24,000 nucleotides of DNA from Arsukibacterium ikkense (GTDB lineage Bacteria; Pseudomonadota; Gammaproteobacteria; Enterobacterales; Alteromonadaceae): NCBI RefSeq assembly GCF_000987775.1, contig NZ_LAHO01000014.1, positions 1 through 24,000 on the forward strand. The letters are read 5' to 3'. The position numbers were made by a program, and so were the translations under genes. Below are positions 21,566 through 24,000 of the stretch, one piece after another. Each line of letters begins with the position of its first letter. The first letter of the stretch is position 1. The notes under the pieces were generated by a model that did not search any database, was not told the DNA's origin, and was given only the letters and a program-made list of their open reading frames with translations.

Positions 21566-21636
21566 AACCAAAACACCGGTGTAATCGACTTAAGCACTTT
21601 GAAAATCGGGTAGTAAAATACACCGGTGTTTTGGTT
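21566..21636. repeat. perfect 18-bp inverted repeat (aaccaaaacaccggtgta / tacaccggtgttttggtt) with a 35-nt spacer; each arm contains the 10-bp palindrome ACACCGGTGT
   Basis: Read directly from the sequence: arms are at 21566-21583 and 21619-21636. It lies in the 274-nt divergent intergenic region between the copL-like and thioredoxin genes. Confidence 0.9.
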
Positions 21637-21723
21637 GATTGCACCGTTGCTTTGGCTGATGTTCAGGCTGTTATTCCTCTTTACACTGGCACAGTCATTT
21701 GACTTAGCTTAAGAGGAATACTG

Positions 21724-22155
21724 ATGAAAACCCTTATTACTGTAGTGATTGCTGCTGTGGTGCTGTTAGCTGCTGCCTTATTTATTTTTAATCCAGCCAA
21801 TGCCAGCAACGAGCATTTAGAAAAGCATAAACACGCCTTTACCGCAGAATTGTATCAACAGGCAAAAGCTGAAAACCGTCTGGTGCTGATTGATGTGTAT
21901 GCGCCCTGGTGCCCAACCTGCCGTCGCCAGCACGGCGTACTGAACGACTACTTTGCGGCCAACCCCAACAGTGACATTCAGGTGTTGCAGGTAGATTTTG
22001 ACAGCCAGAAAGACTGGGTTACCCATTTTAAAGCACCACGCCAATCTACGCTGGCGCTGTACCGTGGTTACGAGCAGCTGTGGTTTAGTGTGGCGCAAAC
22101 CAAGCAAAAAACGATTTTTGCTGAGCTGCAAAAACACGACACTGGCGCGAACTGA
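21724..22155 (+). CDS. membrane-anchored/periplasmic thioredoxin-family protein
   Basis: There is an N-terminal signal/anchor. The active site is WCPTC. A GAGGA SD lies upstream. Confidence 0.85.
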   Translation: MKTLITVVIAAVVLLAAALFIFNPANASNEHLEKHKHAFTAELYQQAKAENRLVLIDVYAPWCPTCRRQHGVLNDYFAANPNSDIQVLQVDFDSQKDWVTHFKAPRQSTLALYRGYEQLWFSVAQTKQKTIFAELQKHDTGAN

Positions 22156-22157
22156 TT

Positions 22158-22859
22158 ATGGAATTTACCGCCATTCCACTGGCGTTATTAGCAGGCTTAC
22201 TTAGCCTGCTGTCGCCTTGCGTGTTACCGATGATCCCGGCTGTTACAGCCTCAGCGATGCGGGCTTCTAAAACCGGCGTCTGGTTTTTAGCCGCAGGCCT
22301 GGCCCTGACCTTTGCCCTGGGCGGCTCCTTACTCACTTACCTGTTACTTAGCGCCGGTTTATCTCCCGATGTGATGCGCACCTTCGCCGCAGGCTTTATG
22401 CTGCTGATGGGTATGGTGTTAGTAGTGCCCTGGCTAAATCAGCAGTTTACGCTACTGCTGTCACGGCTCACCAGCCGCTTACCTTCGGGCGGCCAGGTAG
22501 CAGACTCTTCCGACAGCCCTGCCTTTCAGTTTGTGATTGGTGGCTCACTGGGCCTGGTGTGGCTGCCTTGTGTTGGCCCGACACTCGGTGCTGCCATAGC
22601 ACTGGCCTCTACCGGTGATAGCATGCTGATGTCGTTTACGGTAATGCTGGCCTTTGGTTTAGGCACGGCCCTGCCTTTAGTGGCCTTAGGTTATGCTGCA
22701 GGAGCTAAGCTAAATACCTTACGTGCCTCCGGTAAAATAGGCCGCCTGCTGCTAGGCTATGCATTGTTGCTGATTGCACTGATGATATTCAGCGGCTTTG
22801 ATAAGGTGCTGGAAATCTGGGCTATTGAGTTTTTGCCGGATTGGGTAACAGTGATTTAA
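22158..22859 (+). CDS. cytochrome c biogenesis CcdA / DsbD-transmembrane-domain family thiol:disulfide electron transporter
   Basis: The two conserved TM cysteines are in LSPCVLPMIP and WLPCVGPTLG. It starts 2 nt after the thioredoxin stop codon. Confidence 0.85.
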   Translation: MEFTAIPLALLAGLLSLLSPCVLPMIPAVTASAMRASKTGVWFLAAGLALTFALGGSLLTYLLLSAGLSPDVMRTFAAGFMLLMGMVLVVPWLNQQFTLLLSRLTSRLPSGGQVADSSDSPAFQFVIGGSLGLVWLPCVGPTLGAAIALASTGDSMLMSFTVMLAFGLGTALPLVALGYAAGAKLNTLRASGKIGRLLLGYALLLIALMIFSGFDKVLEIWAIEFLPDWVTVI

Positions 22860-22873
22860 TTTGCTGAGCTGTT

Positions 22874-22896
22874 CAGGCGGCAATAGTTGTCGCCTG
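22874..22896. terminator. hairpin between convergent genes (caggcggcaa-tag-ttgtcgcctg, 10-bp stem with one G-T pair)
   Basis: The stem was read directly from the sequence. No U-tract is present on either side. Confidence 0.35.
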
Positions 22897-22942
22897 GCAC
22901 GGCAAACGTTTAACAAAGCCTAGATGGCGTGCAGCCAAGTCT

Positions 22943-23719
22943 TCAGTTTGATTCTGAACAACCGCAGATAGCACCTTTATTGGCGAGATCCTGCAGCAGG
23001 GGCAGGGCGCCCTGCTGTAACTGTTGCTCAGTTAAACCCGGCAATTGTTTGCTAATAGCGCGAATAAGTTGAGGCAAGGTCAGGCCTGGCTGTTCAGCCA
23101 GGTGGTTTAGTAGTAATAAGGTCGCCTGGCTAAGTTGTACAAATTTTACCTCGTCATCGATGTTGCGATATAACAGAAAAAACACCGGTTGCGCAGGCTC
23201 AGTCGGCTGAAAATCAACCCTAATTTGTTGTACCGGGTACTGATAAGCACAGAGCATGGCCAGTTCAGACAGCTTTAGCCTGGTGCTATCCAGCGCTGCG
23301 CCGGTTAGCTGCACAGGCGCAAGCGATGGCGCCTGACTGGGCACCAGCGTCGCAATATACAACTCGGCCCATTCATAATGGGCCAGCTCAGCTAAAAAAG
23401 CCGGGTCGTCGGCTGTTGGCTGGTAGTCTTGTAAAAAGGCCACAAACTGTTCGGCTATGTGCAGAAAGTAGGGGCTATGGCAGGCGTAGCGGCTGAAAAA
23501 TTGCTGGGCCAGGGCGGTCCAGTTGCGGTCGCTGTACAGGGTTTTTAATACCGGAAAAGCGGTGTCGAGAAAGCCTTTTACATTATTAAAGAACAGCTCA
23601 CGATAGACGTTTAGCCGGCGTGGTTCGATACCCGGCGGCGGTGCATTATGTTGCGGGTTACGAATATAAGCGGCAAATTGCTGCTGTAGCTGCTGAAAGT
23701 CAGCGCTCTGCTGCTTCAT
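22943..23719 (-). CDS. DUF2063-family protein (HvfC/BufC-like partner of MNIO RiPP maturases)
   Basis: The N-terminus FQQLQQQFAAYIRNP...GIEPRRLNVYRELFFNNVKGFLDTAFPVLK is typical of DUF2063. It has an ATGA overlap with the upstream DUF692 gene. Confidence 0.8.
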   Translation of the reverse strand: MKQQSADFQQLQQQFAAYIRNPQHNAPPPGIEPRRLNVYRELFFNNVKGFLDTAFPVLKTLYSDRNWTALAQQFFSRYACHSPYFLHIAEQFVAFLQDYQPTADDPAFLAELAHYEWAELYIATLVPSQAPSLAPVQLTGAALDSTRLKLSELAMLCAYQYPVQQIRVDFQPTEPAQPVFFLLYRNIDDEVKFVQLSQATLLLLNHLAEQPGLTLPQLIRAISKQLPGLTEQQLQQGALPLLQDLANKGAICGCSESN

Positions 23720-24000
23720 AGCACAGGCCTGTTGCCAGCCTTGGCGTTTTGCGCTTGCTGCTGCAGCGTTCTGATAGTGGCCAGCTCGTGTTGCAGGCTG
23801 CTTAGCGATGGTATATTGAAATCCCGCTCATACAGGGTAGGCTTTACTCCATGCTGCTGGTAAGCCTGTTGCAGTAACTGCCACACCGGGCTTGGAATAT
23901 CGGCGCCATGGGTGTCGATTAATAAGTCTGGTGCTTGCTGGTAGTGGCCGGCCACATGGTAATAAGCGATGCGCTCGGTTGGCAGTGCCTGCAAAAAAGC
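23716..24000 (-). CDS. DUF692 / MNIO-family (MbnB/HvfB/BufB-like) iron enzyme, C-terminal part only (gene continues beyond the window)
   Basis: YYHVAGHY...LIDTHGADIPSPVWQLLQQAYQQHGVKPTLYERDFNIPSL matches the conserved C-terminal HxAGH...DTHG...ExD block of DUF692 proteins. Confidence 0.85.
   Translation of the reverse strand, partial: AFLQALPTERIAYYHVAGHYQQAPDLLIDTHGADIPSPVWQLLQQAYQQHGVKPTLYERDFNIPSLSSLQHELATIRTLQQQAQNAKAGNRPVL

Noticed and set aside
21307-21597. A 96-aa minus-strand ORF spanning the left arm of the inverted repeat and the 5' end of the copL-like gene.
   Set aside because: It overlaps the copL-like gene out of frame. Part of it is encoded by the repeat itself. It has no SD and no family resemblance.
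21659-21712. A 17-codon hydrophobic upstream ORF (MFRLLFLFTLAQSFDLA) whose stop codon overlaps the thioredoxin SD. It could be a leader peptide.
   Set aside because: It has no SD of its own, and short ORFs like this arise readily by chance.
21539-22931. A 12-nt direct repeat, ctagatggcgtg, at 21539-21550 and 22920-22931. It neatly flanks the thioredoxin-CcdA pair and could be target-site duplication or attachment-like sites.
   Set aside because: My rough expectation is more than ten chance 12-mer repeats in a 24-kb window. No recombinase gene or extended similarity surrounds the copies.
1-24000. A scan for CRISPR arrays, tandem repeats, IS elements, integrases, tRNA or rRNA genes and toxin-antitoxin or defence-system genes.
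   Set aside because: I recognised none by eye. The only statistically striking repeat is the 18-bp inverted repeat at 21566-21636.

Overview
This 24-kb window is probably from an aquatic or marine gammaproteobacterial chromosome. That guess rests only on about 50% GC and Q/L-rich proteins. I had no BLAST or HMM tools, so every family call comes from motifs I recognise by eye. About 29 genes are present, 26 of them on the minus strand. I saw no rRNA, tRNA, CRISPR array, transposase or integrase.

Content from left to right:
(1) An AT-rich orphan gene for a small membrane protein.
(2) A DoxX, ECF sigma, DUF3379-like anti-sigma and small membrane protein operon (658-3093).
(3) A tightly overlapping six-gene operon (3209-7777). 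It encodes a receiver-like protein, an HD-GYP phosphodiesterase with a Cys4 ribbon, an NrtS-like mini-protein, a DinB-fold protein, an unusual NRDE/TANGO2-acyltransferase fusion and an OlsB-like N-acyltransferase. An AraC regulator gene is transcribed divergently from it.
(4) A lower-GC AraC plus di-iron membrane hydroxylase pair (9019-10702).
(5) A GC-richer cassette (10817-15416) encoding an EB_dh/DOMON-like haem-domain protein, a DUF2231 protein, a Cu(I) P1B-ATPase and a DUF2933 protein.
(6) A periplasmic copper operon (15653-21449). It encodes a CopL-like His/Cys protein, a small secreted protein, a TolC-family lipoprotein, a multicopper oxidase, a CusF-like protein, a CopC-NTF2 fusion and CopD.
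(7) A thioredoxin plus CcdA/DsbD-like pair.
(8) At the right edge, a DUF2063 (HvfC/BufC-like) gene and the 3' end of a DUF692/MNIO (HvfB/BufB-like) RiPP maturase gene.

The most interesting candidates are:
- the haem-domain/DUF2231 module co-translated with the copper pump;
- the NRDE-acyltransferase fusion inside an HD-GYP-linked aminolipid operon;
- the apparently split bufferin/Hvf-type locus that brackets the whole island;
- a perfect 18-bp inverted repeat in the divergent copL-like/thioredoxin intergenic region.
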